Below, one piece after another: positions 38,701-53,700 of a stretch of 64,000 nt of DNA. The stretch comes from Octopus sinensis (taxonomy: Eukaryota), in assembly GCF_006345805.1 (NCBI RefSeq), contig NC_043001.1, forward strand, positions 67,642,001 through 67,706,000. Direction: 5' to 3'. Within the stretch, counting starts at the first letter, position 1. Every line of letters starts with the position of its first letter. The notes beneath the pieces are model-generated. The model was given only the letters and a program-made list of their open reading frames with translations. It made no database searches and was not told the DNA's origin. The position numbers and the translations under genes were made by a program.

Positions 38701-41700
38701 TTTCACTTACCTGTGACAGAATTATTATTATTGAGAGAGAGCAGCACATGCTGCTGAAGGTGCTGTGCAGTGAGATTGAGTAAGAACCTCAAAATTGCAA
38801 GGTCAAAATCTTAAGTACTTGCCTTATAAGTTTGAGCTGAATGTCATTTGACTCTCACATGGTGCACATTACTTATCTATTTTGAGAAATAAGATTGCTA
38901 CAAAAAAAAAAAACACTCACCCACCCACCAAAGAGGGATTCTTTAGGGTTTGAACAACCCTTATTCAGGGACATTTTTGACCAGGATGGGCTACTCAACC
39001 TGAAGAAAACTCTAACTGGGCCCCACATGCAAGGTCATGCATTGTTTATCTTGATATGAGATCACACATATGGTTGTGACACACGTGTCTAGTGTACATT
39101 TATCAGATGAATAGACATGATTGGTATGATGGGCTCTGTATATTTGTATCTCAGTGTCTCTTTGATGGCATGTGCTGCTCTCTCTCAATAATAATAATTC
39201 TTTCTACTATAAGCACAGAGCATGAAATTTGGGAAGTGGGGGGGGGGCTACTTGATAACACTGACCTCAGTTCTTGAGTGGTACTTATTTTATTGACTCT
39301 AAAAGGATGAAAGGCAAAGTTAATTTCAGTAGAAATGGTACTCAAATAAAAACTGGGAAAAATGCCACTAAGCATTTTGTCTGGTGTGCTAATGATTCTG
39401 CCAGCTCACTACCTTAATAATAATAATAATGATAATAAAGAGAAATGGCAATGTAAGGTTTGAGAGCTGCATTAAAACATTCTATTGGAGGCTGTTAGCT
39501 GTTAACACTAATTTATAACTATAACACTAGCAGCCACAAATATATAGTAAACTGGATTTTTACATATCTTGTAAGTTGAGGGTATCCCTGTCATCTCTTT
39601 ACCACCATCCTCTTTCATCTCCAGCTGAGGTAACCATGTATCTTCCCTCCAGCAAGACACCAGTTCCTTTCCCTCTATCATACTTTACTTCCCATCATCT
39701 GGCACAAATCCACCTCCCTCAATACCACTCAGCCCATTTCAGTTGAGAGGTCTTGTTTTGTGAGTCACATGGTAATCTCACTAGTGCTAGTGCCATGTAG
39801 AAAGCACCAGTACACTCTGTAGAATGGTTAGTATTAGGAGGGGTATCTAGCTGTAGAAACCATGCAAAAGTAGACATTGGAGTTTGGTGCAGTCCTCTGA
39901 CTTGCCAGCTCTTGTTGGATGCTCCAATCCATGCCAGCTTGGAAAACGGACATTATAGAATGATGATGATTCAATAAATAATAAAGGAGAACTATGAAAT
40001 GATTAAAAAAAAAACTCTTATAAGAAAAGAACTGCTTAAAGATGGTAAATAACAAAACTATTATTAGATTTGATTAAATAAGTGCTTAATAGGAGAATAA
40101 AATGAATAGAAATAGACTTACCACAACATCTAAGAGAAGTTCTCCTTTTGTACCATGAAGAATCTTCACTAAGTTACCAACACCCTTTTCCCAGATATAA
40201 AGAGAGTGCTGGCGAGCAGAGCCAGCTACAATGTATTCGCCATCACCAGAAAAACAGCATTTCTTCCACATAGTTCTAAAAAAAAATCAATATAGAAGGA
40301 GAAGAAAACAATGTTAGATACACTTAAGTTGGTGTTCACTTTCATTGGAGAGGTCACTGAAAAAAACAAGCATAAAATAATGTGGTGGAAATAAAATAAT
40401 GAGATAATGTCTAATATTTTTAGCATTTTAGCAGTAGAAGAGACAACTCTGTGTTTAACCTTATTTGAGCACATCAGTGAATTACAGACTTCACTGTATA
40501 TGTGACAGAAGTAAAAGAAGAATATATAAAATAGTATAACGAACAGAATTCAACAGATCTAACCTTACATATAAAATTATTATTTATATATAAAATATAT
40601 ATTTCCTCACTGAGGAAATGACAAGGGACTGGGAGTTGTGGCAATTTGCAGTACTTGAGAAGATGGGTCAAACCAAGTAAAATCACTGCCATCCATACAT
40701 ATAGGTTTGTTCTTTACAGGTGCCAGTGCTATGTCAAATGTACTCATGCTGATGCTGCATAAACACACCTGGGCCTGTGATGCGTAAAAAAGCACCCAGC
40801 ACTCTCTTTAAAGTGGTTGGCATTAGGAAGGGCATCCAGCTATAGAAAAAAAATGCCACAGCAGACAATTTGGAGTCTGGCCAGCTCCTGTCAAACCATC
40901 CAACCTATGGCAGCATAGAAAACAGATGTCAAACGATGATAATGATAAGGTTATACATACAATAGTTATAAAATAGTTTAACAACAGATCAAACCTGTTC
41001 ACAAGATCTTGTAGTTTCTGTATAGGTTCTGGTTCACCATCTTTACCACAAGCTAAAACTTCTCCACTTTCATACACACGGATGATACGATCGGCCGAAT
41101 TGACAAGGAAACAACTGTAGATAGGAAGAGGACACACCTGCTACTTAAGATATTTGGAACAAGTAATGAACAAAACACTTATTATCATTATTACCATTCA
41201 ACTAATGGTTATTTCTATCTTATGGTGTACTTAATCATGGAGATAATTACTCTTAGACTAATTAAACATCTCAAGATAACTTCCCTTAATTTACTTTTAC
41301 ATTAATTATTAATGTGAAGCTGTGGGAACAGTGGCCATAATTTTTAAGCTGTTTGGAGATGTGGGTGGAGGAAAAAGGCAAGGAGACAGTACTGAAGATA
41401 GTTACAATAAAGTGTTAAGTGTGGTGTGCGAGACACGATGTACTGTATCGCTGACAGGAGAAATGGGGGACTCCAAGTTCAAACCCACTACACTACAATT
41501 TCTGCTTCTTCTTAAAAGAAGAAGAGTAGTAGACATAACTATTTTACAAGGCATCTAAAACTAGTGGTAAGAAGTTATTCTGAGACCAGAAACCTGAGCG
41601 CACTCTGATAAAGGCACCTAAGGACCATATGAGGGTGGTACACTGGGTGACAACAGAGTGAACTTTACTGAGGGCACCCAAGGACGAGGTAGTGGTGATG

Positions 41701-44700
41701 GTATTACACTGAGTAATGGGTAAAGCTTACTCCCTCACCTCTAGTTTCAAACAAATTTAACTTGCAAGGCTTTCTTCAAAACTCTCCCATGGTGGTATTG
41801 AACTTGAAACCAAATTGTTATAAAGTGAACCAGACAACAATGCCTGCATCCAAAAACAATCTCCCCAAGCCTGTCAGTGAAATTGGGTAGATGGAAATCT
41901 GTCAGATGGGCTGTACATGTGGTTGGTAGGGTTAATGTACCACAACACCTGGTACTTGAGGGTCTTTTAGCAAACACCATTCTGATGAAAGCTTTCAAGA
42001 AAGGTTTCAGATTTGAGGATTACTTCCCCCAGTTTTGGAATCCTTTCCTCTTACCAGTCTAGGAGGATCTATAATTTATAGCACAACTAAATGAATCCTT
42101 AATTTGCTGTACCAGACTCTTCCACATATACTTAGCTTGTTGTGGCAAACTAAAACTCTATGTTATGGACAATGATCTTGCCCTCCTGACTAAGTTATTA
42201 AAAACAGAAAATGTTTAATTAATGTTGAAATCAAAAATCAAAGAGAAAAACATTAATTAAGAAATAAAATAGATTGGAATGTTTTCCATTCAAAACAAAC
42301 TGATTATGAAAAATTTCAATGTTGAATAAAAAGACTTACTCGCCACGGCGAGCAAATTCAATTGACTTTATGGCTGTTGTGTTCAAGGTTCCTGTTGTCA
42401 CTCGGAATGAAGCTACTAATTCAAGGTCTTCTATGGTGAAGACAAGAATCTGAAAGAAAAAAGAAATAATTAAAAACCAACCAAAAGATTATTGCTCAGA
42501 TGTGGCAGTAAGTAATCATGGAAATTAAAATTTTTTATAATATTACAGAATTGTTTTAACTCTTTTGATACTAACCTACCTTAAACGATTCCTGGTTTTA
42601 TTCTACAATTTTCAGGTTTTGAACTTATCTAAATTAAAATCTTCCATCAAAACTTAATGTTAATTTATGTTCTCAACATAAATTAACGTTAAGAATGACA
42701 AATTTTCAAAATTGAATGAAACAAAAGCAGTGTATTTCAAGAGAAATATGGCAATTAAAGGGTTAAAGTGATCTAACTTAAAACTTAACTAAAACTCTTC
42801 AATGGATAACCTAACAGGTGACAGGACACAGCCTGCCACTACAACCCCACCATGAAGCCAATAAGTTTACAATCTGTTGATGGTAGACAGTTGATTAATG
42901 AAGGACAAATAACTGGCTTCGTTTATCACGAGATAGACTTACACTGTTGTGAGGAGGAGGAGGAGGGAGAGAGAGAGAGAGAGTAACATTACAATTTATT
43001 AAAAATTTAGAACATCTTTGCAAATGCAAGACACACACTAAGTAAAGAGTTTCAACAAAAGACACCCCCAATCCTTCTATAATTTCTAATTCTCTCAATG
43101 TTCTCTCTCACAACAAAATATGTACAACCCCAGGTCAGGTCTAGTTTCAGCAAGCCACAAACAACCACTGAATTGGTAAACTATGAAAACTAGATGAATA
43201 GATAAGTGTAGGTTATGTGTGATGACAATGTCAAACAGAAATAAATTTACAAATAGACAATATCAAAGATATGTAAGAGAAAATGATTTAGTAAGACATT
43301 ATTAAATATCTCATCACTGACCCTGCCCTTTGCATTTCCTGTGTAGATATGTTTCCCTCGTCTGTCAAAAGATGCAACAATGTTTAGATCAGACTGCAAT
43401 AGAGAAAGAGAGTGAGTCGGCAGCAAATGCAAGAAGAAGAGGAAGAATTAATAAATGTTGCAGAAGAATTAAAAAATATTTAGAAACAGGTAACAGCTAA
43501 CTACTTTCATATACTAATAGTCAGGTGGCATCTGTGCTTGATCTGAGAGATTAGCAATCAAATCTCCTTTAAATCACACATGACAAACTTAAAAAATAAA
43601 GGTCCTAAATAGACATAGTTATAATCATTATCATCAGTGGTTGAATGTACTTCCATGCTTGTATGAATCAAACAAAATTCACTGAGAAAGATTTTCTAAG
43701 TCCACATGCGTTTGGAAATAATCTCCAGGAAAGGAAATATAGGGAAATGTGGAATGATGACGACGATGAACAGTCATCACCACCACATCAAGACAACAAT
43801 AATTAATTACTGCTGTGATAATAATAACAGAGATCACAAAGATAATGATAATTATGGTGGTGGTAGATGGTGATTTTAATAAATTACACAATGCTATAAA
43901 TCCCAATAATTTTGCATCAAACACCATCTCAACAAATTACATCCAACATTTTTGGATTCACATACTGTCAAAAAGGATTATAGTCAGTTGAACAGACAAC
44001 AAATAACAAAACCTTTCTTAAAGGGTACAATATAATACATGTAAGGCATAGGCATGGCTGTGTGGTTAAACAGTTTGCTTTCCAAATGCATAGTTTTTGA
44101 TTCAGTCCCACTGCATGGCACCTTGGTCAAGTGTCTTCAGCTAGAGCCTAGGATCAACCAAAGCCTTATGAATGGATTTGGTAGACAGAAACTGAAAGAA
44201 GCCCATTGTAATAAATATTTATGTATGTGTATGTGTGTGAGTGTATGTTTGTGTCTTTTGTTTTGACCTCATGTGATTATTGTAACTGAATGTCATTCAT
44301 TTCCTATGTTCTGCTAAAAAAACATGTCATGCTATTAAGAAATATTACCTTCCTTGAAAACAGGTATGGGTTGGCAACACAAAATCTATCTCCCTAAATT
44401 CTGTCCACTCTATTCAAGTATGGTAAAGTAGGTGTTAAAATGATGATGACAGGACTTGGATTAACCTATTTACCAAGTCCTTAATTTCTCAGCTATAACT
44501 GGGACCTAATTTCGTTCATACATATAATGTCTATTTTCCATGCTAACATGGCTATGACAAGAAATGGCCTGAAGTAGGATTTTATAGTAGGAGTTTTTTT
44601 TTTCTATTGCCAACTCTTACCTGTTTTCATAAGAGATGTTTTTAAGTTTTGATATTCAATCACTCTTTAAAAAAAGTGCAAAGCAACCAGTCATAATGTC

Positions 44701-47700
44701 TACATCATCACCATTCCACTAAAGCAAGGCCATGATGTTAACACTGTACTTAGCCTTTGTTGACTTGGAAAAAGCTTTTGATGAAGTCCCCTACTCTGTT
44801 ATATGGTGGTCTCTAAGGAAGTTAGGAGTAGAGGAGTGTCTTGTTAGAGCTGTGCAAGCCATGTACAGTGGTGCTGTCAGTAAGGTGAGAGTTGGCCATG
44901 AATTCAGTGATAAATTTAGTGTTCAGGTAGGGGTTCCCCAGGGATCAGTTCTCAGCCCACTCTTATTATAGTCCTCCAGGCCATAACAGTGGAATTCAAA
45001 ACTGGGTGCCCATAGGAACTGTTACATGCTGATGACCTTGCTCTTATTGCAGAATCTTTAGCAGAATTGGATAAGGAATTTCAGGTATGGAAACAAAACC
45101 TGGAATCAAAGGGCCTTAAAGTTAACCTAGCAAAGACCAAAGTTGTTAGCAACAAAGAAGATAAAACTATCTTTTCATCATGTAAATGGCCTTACTCAGT
45201 ATGAAGGAAAGGAGTTGGAAGAAATTCCCTTTGCTGCACCCAGTGTAAACTATGGACACATAAGAGGTGCAGTGGAATCACAGCTATATTAACAGATAGA
45301 GTAGTCTTTGTACATGGCAGATGTGCAGGAACAATAAGCACTAAGAGCACACAGGAATTAGATTCTCTCAAATGCCCAGGAGGCTCTCTTGAGGTTGTAG
45401 ATAGTTTCTGTTACCTAGATGACCAACTTAGCAATGGTGGAAGATGCTCTGAAAGTATTGTTTCTAGAATAAGAATTGGGTGGGGGAAGTTCAGAGAGCT
45501 ATTACCTCTGCTGGTAACAAAAGGCCTCTCTCTCAGAATGAAAAGTAGACTATATAGTGCTTGTGTACAAACAGCTATACTTCATGGTAGTGAGACATGG
45601 GCTCTGAATGCTGGAGACATGCATAGACTGGAGAGAAACGAAGGTAGTATGCTCCGTTGGGTGTGGGGTGTGGTACCGTCCCAGCCATGCTAGCATGGAA
45701 CACAGACATTAAATGATGATGCATTTGCTCACCCATCCAAACACCCATACACAATAAGCTTCCTTCCATTTCCATTCACCAAATTTGCTCACAAAGTATT
45801 GGTCAGCTCTGTTTTATATTTGGGTGCTGTGTAGTGGAAGTGAACCTGAAACCATGTGGTTGTAAAACGAACTTCTTAACCAGCCATACCTGAACCAAAT
45901 TTACATATACTCAGGATCAACATACTATTGAATATAAGTCATACTCTTTTATACTTGACTGATTTTCAAGTAAAAAACTGGGACATGACTTATGCATGGA
46001 GCAAAGCAGAAATAATGAAGGGGAAAAATTTGTTTCAAGATTTAACACTAAATTAAGGGGTGCAAGTAATTACTGAGTTTATAACTAAATTTGTAGAATA
46101 AGAACAATTGATCAACAACATTGATAGGTTGAAGATAACCATACCTCATCATCGAGTGGCACAATAGAATGTGAATTAAAATCCATTTTAACAACAGCAT
46201 GTTTCAGAGGGCACACTATAAAGACATCACTGCAATAAAGAACAACCATTAGTAACAAACCAACAATAATCTGAATTTTAAACACTGCACTGCCAAAAAC
46301 ACGAAATTATGACAAGGTGCCAATAGGGGAGACAACTTGATTTTTACTAGGAGTTTGGGCAGTAAACAGATTTTAGATGACCAATTATAAGGATATTTCT
46401 CAGTAAATGTTCGATTTGACTCTAATTTTATAATTACCAACAACAGAGATAAAAAGAGGATAACGAAATAGCTTCTCATAAAATAGATCTTCATTACTTT
46501 CAATGTTGGAACCATAAATTTCATGTGGGATATTTTAAGTGTTGGAATCATGAATATCAAATATTAATTTGAGGGACGTAAAATGGGTCCAAAAGCAACA
46601 TGTCAAATGGTAAAGGAGACAATGGCTACAGGTTAGCCGGTTGTTTACATAAATCACCAAAGTTAATTTGAAATTTCATCTCACTGGAATTGAGAAAATA
46701 AATTCCTGCAATATAAAGGAATAAGAAAATAGAAACCAAATATATAAATCATAACATATGTGTCTGTTTTAGATTTTAGTGGTTTCTCCACCATTGCAGA
46801 CTATCGCAAATATTACGTTTCCTAGCTAGCAGATCCTTGGAAGTAATAATTACTCAATGAGGGGTACTCCACTATCCAATGCACCATCTGCTGTCAACAG
46901 CCACTGAATGCTGGGCATGCTGTGGTTGCTGATGCACAGACATGTGCTCAGGCTATGTCATCTCCAGCCTTTCCGTGATGGTGAGCAGGTGTGGTTGCTA
47001 TTTGTTAGATACACTCTTCCACAGCTCATCTCTTTAACTAAGCTGCAAACCTGGATTAGGCGTAGACCAAAGAGGGGCGCTTGGCACCTTGAGTGCCATC
47101 AAGCGCTCACAGCCCTCCACCAGTCGGGCAATGCAATCGGTAGTAGTTCCACTCTAGTGTTCTATAGAGGGTTAGTGAAGGAAAAGTGCAATGATGTTCG
47201 TGGGGAAACTTTAGGTTTCCATGAGGATCAACTTACTGGTCTGTTTCGGAGAACTTTTGGGCCAGGGCCTATGGATAACTTCCAGAAATCCCTTGCCTGG
47301 CAGTTTTACCAAGGAATGCTGCCCATTCAGAATATACTTTACAGGTATAAAAGAGCTGTCAGCTGGGCTGGTGCACTCAGAGCAATGAAACCATTCTGCA
47401 CTTGTCCAATGCCCAAGCATTGCTGACTATGGGTTTATGTTGAACAGCTGCTATCACATGTAGGACAGATCTGACTATCAGCTGAATCCATAGTGAAGAT
47501 TGCCCCATTGGCCTCCTTTAACTGGGAGGGGCAGGCGATTTTTATTTGTCTGGTGGCTGTAGCAAAAGTGGTAGTATGGTGGATTCGTTCGAAAGGGCTA
47601 AAATCAGACACTTTCCCCTATGGCCAAACCCTCATCAACATTTTCAAGTTTCACTTGAAAAGGATAGTGAGGGTGGAGAAGGAAGTGTTGCCATCTAACA

Positions 47701-50700
47701 AATTTATTGAAAGGTGGGTGAATGTTGGAAAAATGGCCAGTGTGAATGGACCAATTCTGAGAATACACCTGTAAAGGAATAAAAGAAGGGCTCTTGCCCT
47801 GTTGATCAGGTACCCATTGCTTTTGTGGGTTTTTCTATGCATAACCTTTAAAGCACCTCTCCCTACTGGGAGTTTTACTTGTTACCTTTTTATTGTTATT
47901 TAATGATTACACAAATGTGAAAACCTTTGTATCGTTTTGTGTTGTCTTTTATGTATAATTTATATTAGCCTTTGTGGCCAATAAAAGAATAAATTATTAT
48001 TATTAACAATAAATAATAATAATGTTAGTTGCTTGACCATAACCAGTTGAGCATCTCTATTAGTGGCTGATGATATGTGCATCTCTGATTATGAGTAGGA
48101 GTAGTGGAGGAGCATCATAGCCATTTGCTGAGAGGAATTTTGGGGGACCTGAATAATTCACCTCTGGAAACATGGGTGTTTCGTTCATCAGACTTAAACA
48201 AACCTTCTTCAGGGACCTTCTGAGTGGGATAGCCAACTCGATATGAGGAAAATTCCGAGTCCACCCCCATGCAAGATCACACACTGTTTAGCTTGATAAG
48301 AGGTCACCAAGTCAATCACATATGGTTGTGATGCACGTGCCAGATGTACTCTTATCAGATGGATAGTCATGATGGGTATAGTGGGCTTTGTATATTTGTA
48401 CCCCAGTGTCACTTTGATGGCATGCATTGTTCTTTCAATCAATAATAATAACACAATATATAGAAATGTCTATAGAGAGCTTTACTTACCTATTTCTAGG
48501 ATGAAACTGTACTTTTAATACAGGAGATGGAAAGCGGTATGTTCGATCACATTCTCCACTCTGTACATCCCAGATTGAAACAGTGTTGTCTGTGGCAGCA
48601 CTAAGTAACTTGTGGCCATTCCTGTTTACACTGCAGAAATCAAACACTCAAAATAAAGACATATAGAAATACACTTCTTACATAACCAAAAGTCAATGGA
48701 GATGCCACAGTAGGGAATTCAAAGAACTACTTTCGGAAATATTTTGTCAACCCTCACATTATGTTCATTTGTTCTATGTCATCTCTAATAATAGGTATGT
48801 GTGTGGCCTGTATAAGCACACACAATAATTCAGAGATACAAGTTGAAATAATAAAGCCAAAGTAATAGTCACACAATTCTGTAGAGGACTTAATTCGATT
48901 GTGTAAAGCTGATTCAGGAAACTCAAGGAAAAAAGATACATTTGAAAATGTTGTCACTGATAGACAAAGAAAGGATCATACTCATGTGAATATATGTGTA
49001 TTACATGTCCTTTTCTTGCTTGTAGGATCACACACAGCAGGAAATTGAACAGTAACAACTGAGTCATTTGATTTGAACAAATGTGTATAGTTTTGTCTTA
49101 CTGAAGACATAACATTTCTCATGGTGGTACAAAATGCATCCAGTACACTCTGTAAAGTGGTTGGTGATAAGAAGGGCATCTAGTCATAGAAATGAAGCCA
49201 AAATTAAACACAAACACCAGTCTATGATGGTTGTGGCTCCTAATGAGAACTGACCTGGACTGTAATGACCCACCCAACACATCAGCATAAAGTGGATGTA
49301 AAATGATAAAATGACAATATACACACACACACACACACACACACTCATTTGTGTGTGAGTATACATATATATATAAACACACACATACAGGTAAGATGTT
49401 TGCTTCAGAACCAAGTGGCTTAGAGTTTTCACTACATGGACATTGTCAGTTAGCACCTCCTACTATAGCTGCAGGTTGACCAATATCTCCTCGAGTGAAA
49501 TTTGGAAAATGGAATCCTGAAACCTATTGTGTAAATATGCGTGCATGCGTGCATGTGTGTGTGTGTGTGTTGTCCTCTTCTCTGGTAAGTCACTGCCATG
49601 CAAATAGCAGCACTTGTTTACAATATTCTGCAAAAGGATTAGCAACCAATGCAGAGTTTGTTAGCTAGAGGGCTAAGGGAAATATTACATTACTTAGAAA
49701 CAGGTGAGGGTTGACAACAAGAAGAGCATTAAACCATAGAAAAATCAACCTTAAAGTTTCAGCTAACCCATACCAGCATGGAGATGTAGAAATTAAAACA
49801 ATGGTTATAATAATGATATCATCATCATCGTTTAACGTCCACTTTCTATGCTAGCATGGGTTGGATGATTTGAGGTTTGGCGAACAAGATGGCTGCACCA
49901 GGCTCCAATCTGATCTGGCAGAGTTTCTACAGCTGGATGCCCTTCCTAACGCCAGTCAGGCAGTACTGGCAACGGCTATGCTCAAAAGGTGCTTTTTATG
50001 TGCCACTTGCACAGGAGCCAGTCCAGCAGCACGAATGTTTTTTCACCAGCACAAGTGCCAGTAAGGCGATGCAGGTAACGATCAAGCTCGAATGGTGCTT
50101 TTTACATGCCACCAGCACAGAAGCCAGTTTGTTGTTCTGGCAACGATCACACTCGGATGGTACTCTTAGCGCTCCACTAGCATGGATGCCAGTCATCGAA
50201 TTTGATTTCGATTTCACTTGCCTCAACAGATCTTCGCAAGCAGAGTTTAGTGTCCAATGAAGGAATATGTAAAACAATTGCATCCAGGCAACTATTCATA
50301 ACATGCACATACACACAGATATGTACACCATTATACTGACTTTTCATTTTACTTGTTTCAATCATTGGACTGTGACATGCTGAAGCACTGACTTCAAGGG
50401 TTTAGTTAAATAAAATGATAAACAGTAATTATTTTTAAACCTGGTGCTTATTCTATCAGTCTTTTAAGCTGAACTGCTAAGTTATAGGGATATGAACAAA
50501 CCAACACCAGTTGTTAAGTAGTGTGGTAGTGGAAGCAAACAGAAACACATGTATACATATGACAGGCTTCCAGCATTTCTCTCAAACAAATTCACTCACA
50601 AATCATTGGTCAGCCTGAAACTACAGTAGAAGACACTTACTCAAGGTTCTTTGCAGCAGGACTGAACCTGAAACCATGTGGTTGTAACCACATAGCCACT

Positions 50701-53700
50701 GTAAAGTTTAAAAGTCTTTCATCTCCTGCTGGTCACTGATGCAGTTCTACAAATGTTAGCAACCAGGTTGTGCAAAGACTTCAACATGTTATACTATGTA
50801 AATACCATTATGAAATAACACAAAAGTCAGTACAACAGCATTCTTGTGTGTATTCTAAACAGAATATGTGTCTGTTTTAACTATTCCATGAAGTAATTGT
50901 TTCAGTTTCTTCCACTTATCAAGTAAAGCAGTGATCTACTTAAGTTATTTATGAATCTGTGCAATGCTAGGTAGTTTAGTTAATGTGTGTATGTACATAA
51001 ATAAGCAGGTAAGTGTTCACCAGGACAGTTTTCAGCCCCAACCTCTCTTGTTTGTTATAGTTCTCCAGGTTAAACCAAAGTAGTTTAAGACACATGTATG
51101 CTGATGATTTAACTCTCATCTTCAAACACAGAAGCAAAGAGGTCTCAGAGTAAGCTTACTGTAGTTAACAGGAAAACAAACATCAAAACTCTGCTGCCAC
51201 TACAGAGGCTGTCATGATCACTGTAAAGTGTACCAAATGTAAAAGATGGGTGTGCAAAAGATCCAGTTAGGTCACAGACTTGTTATGTAGCTGTTACACA
51301 GGAGTAGTGAGCATTAAGAGTCCCCTTGAAATAAATTCTTTCAAATGCTTGGATTGATTCCTAAAAGTAGTTGATAACTTCTGTACCCTAAGTGACTTAA
51401 TTATGCTATTACCTCTGTTGGCAATAAGAGAAATTTCTCTCCAAGTGCCAGGCAGATTGTAAAATGCTTGTGTGTGATGCCCATGCAATATTGAAAAGTG
51501 AAAGATGGGCACTGCATATAGAGTGTGTGCAAATGCAATAAAGAAATGAAGCAAGCAAGCTGTGCTGACTGTGTAATGTTAGTGTGGTTGAAAGAAAGAG
51601 CACAAATGAACTGAGATAAAAAAAAAAAACAGAAATATTGTGTAAGGGTACAGCAGTGGTACAGAAGAACCAAGTAATCCAAATGGTCAGAACGAAGGAG
51701 TTTGCAGAAGAGGAAGACAAGGGATGAAGTGGTGAAAGTTAATCTCAAGGAGCTAAACCTCACCAAAAATATGGTGAAGAATTACAAGAAATGGTGAGAT
51801 TCTGTATTTGAGAAGTCCTGTGCAAACCATGCAAGAATAGAAAAGTAGACACAAAAATAATGACTGTGTGATGATGATGATCTTGTTTTAATGTTTACTT
51901 CTCCATGCCTGCATGATTCAGACAAAATTTGTTGAGGCAGATTTTCTACAGCCAAATGCCCATCTTGTCAACCCTCATCTGTTTCCAAGCATGGTAGCAA
52001 GGTAATATTTCTCTATGATTGGACAGGTTTCCTTGAAGTAGTGAATAACACCACATTTATGATGGTGACACTTGTTTACAATTATGAAGTGACATCAAAA
52101 TGAGGAAGTACACACACACTTCCATCTCTCTCACCAAATCTCATTCTCCTTTCTTCTACTTTTCCCTTTCATTTCTCTCTCCACTTATCTTCCACACACT
52201 TCCACACATTTACATATGTAGCTTACACTCCTTCCAATACACACAACATGCATATCTCCAGCACATGTTTACATATAATAAGCATGTACAGAAACTCCTC
52301 ACATACATGAACACACACACATGCAAACATACAAACACATCACTTGGCCTCCTGATCCCACTATTGCTACTAATCTGTTAGTTCAACCCTCACACACTCA
52401 CATACAACTATTCCATGCTGCACTCCCTTATATACAAACATGCAACTTGCAACCTACACACATGAAAACATATATGTAAATGTGCATTACACACACACAC
52501 AATAACTATTTTTGCACTCTCCTGTCTTCAAAAACCACATTCTTTATTTTTCTCCAGCTTCCAGTCAGTTATTTCTTGGTCATTTAAAGACACAAGTGCT
52601 TTTCTCTAGACTATCTGCTCCTTCCTTTCCTCTTCTCTGGAATTTTCCCTCTATCTGACAAAGAGTTATGCTCGAAATGTAATTTCTACTCCTCCATTTC
52701 CATCTAAAACTTTCACAGAGCATTAGTCTAATGTATTCACTGTGTATGTCCAATTGACTTCTGTTGATGTCTTTTCTCGTTTTTTTTTTTTTGTACATGA
52801 ATTTGCCTATATATATGTACACACAATGAGCTTCTTTCAGCCATACAGAATTATACTTCACATGCAAATATGCATATAATCTGCTCTCCACTCTGAGGGA
52901 GAAGCCTTTTGTTGCTTGCTAGTAGAGGTAATAGCTTGCTAAACGTTTTCAAACCCATTCTTACTCTGGTTCCTATACTTTAAGAACATGATCCACTATA
53001 ACAAACTTGGTCACTTAGGTATAAAAAAAAAACTATCAGCTAGTGCTAAAGAACACTCCAGGCATTTGAGAGAATCTATTTTGCAAGTGCACTTAGTGTT
53101 TATTGTCCATACACACCTGCTGCATATGAAATCTATCATCTTCAGTTAACCAAACTTGTGATTTCACTAAATCTTGTGTGTCAACTGTTTACACAGGGCA
53201 CAATGTTTTGAATTTCTATCAACTCTTTTTCTGCATATCAAGTAAAGCTATGTCCCTGACAGCAGTAGAGCCCTTTCTTTCTTATTTACTAAAGATTTAG
53301 TCTTTATTAAATTCATTTTCCATATCTGTAATTTATTCTCCATATCTGTTATAAGAACTATGCCTTCTATATAAAGGAAGTAGAGAGCAATACCTTGACA
53401 GCCTCCTAATTCCATGTTAAGTTTGTCACTGAAGTTGTTGCTGAGCACACTAAATTTATTGTTGCAATCAATATTTCACTATATCTATCAAACATACTTA
53501 ACACTACACTGTGTATAAAACACATTTAACATCACACTGTGACCATCAAACATAGCAGCCCAGCTAACTCTACTTTTGCTGCTGATACCTTTTAAAATGT
53601 TTCTATTTAATTTTAAAAATCTACCATCGTATTTTTCACATTAGAAAGTTATATACTAAACACTAACATAAGAATATAAAAGTTATTTTATTGAATCCAT

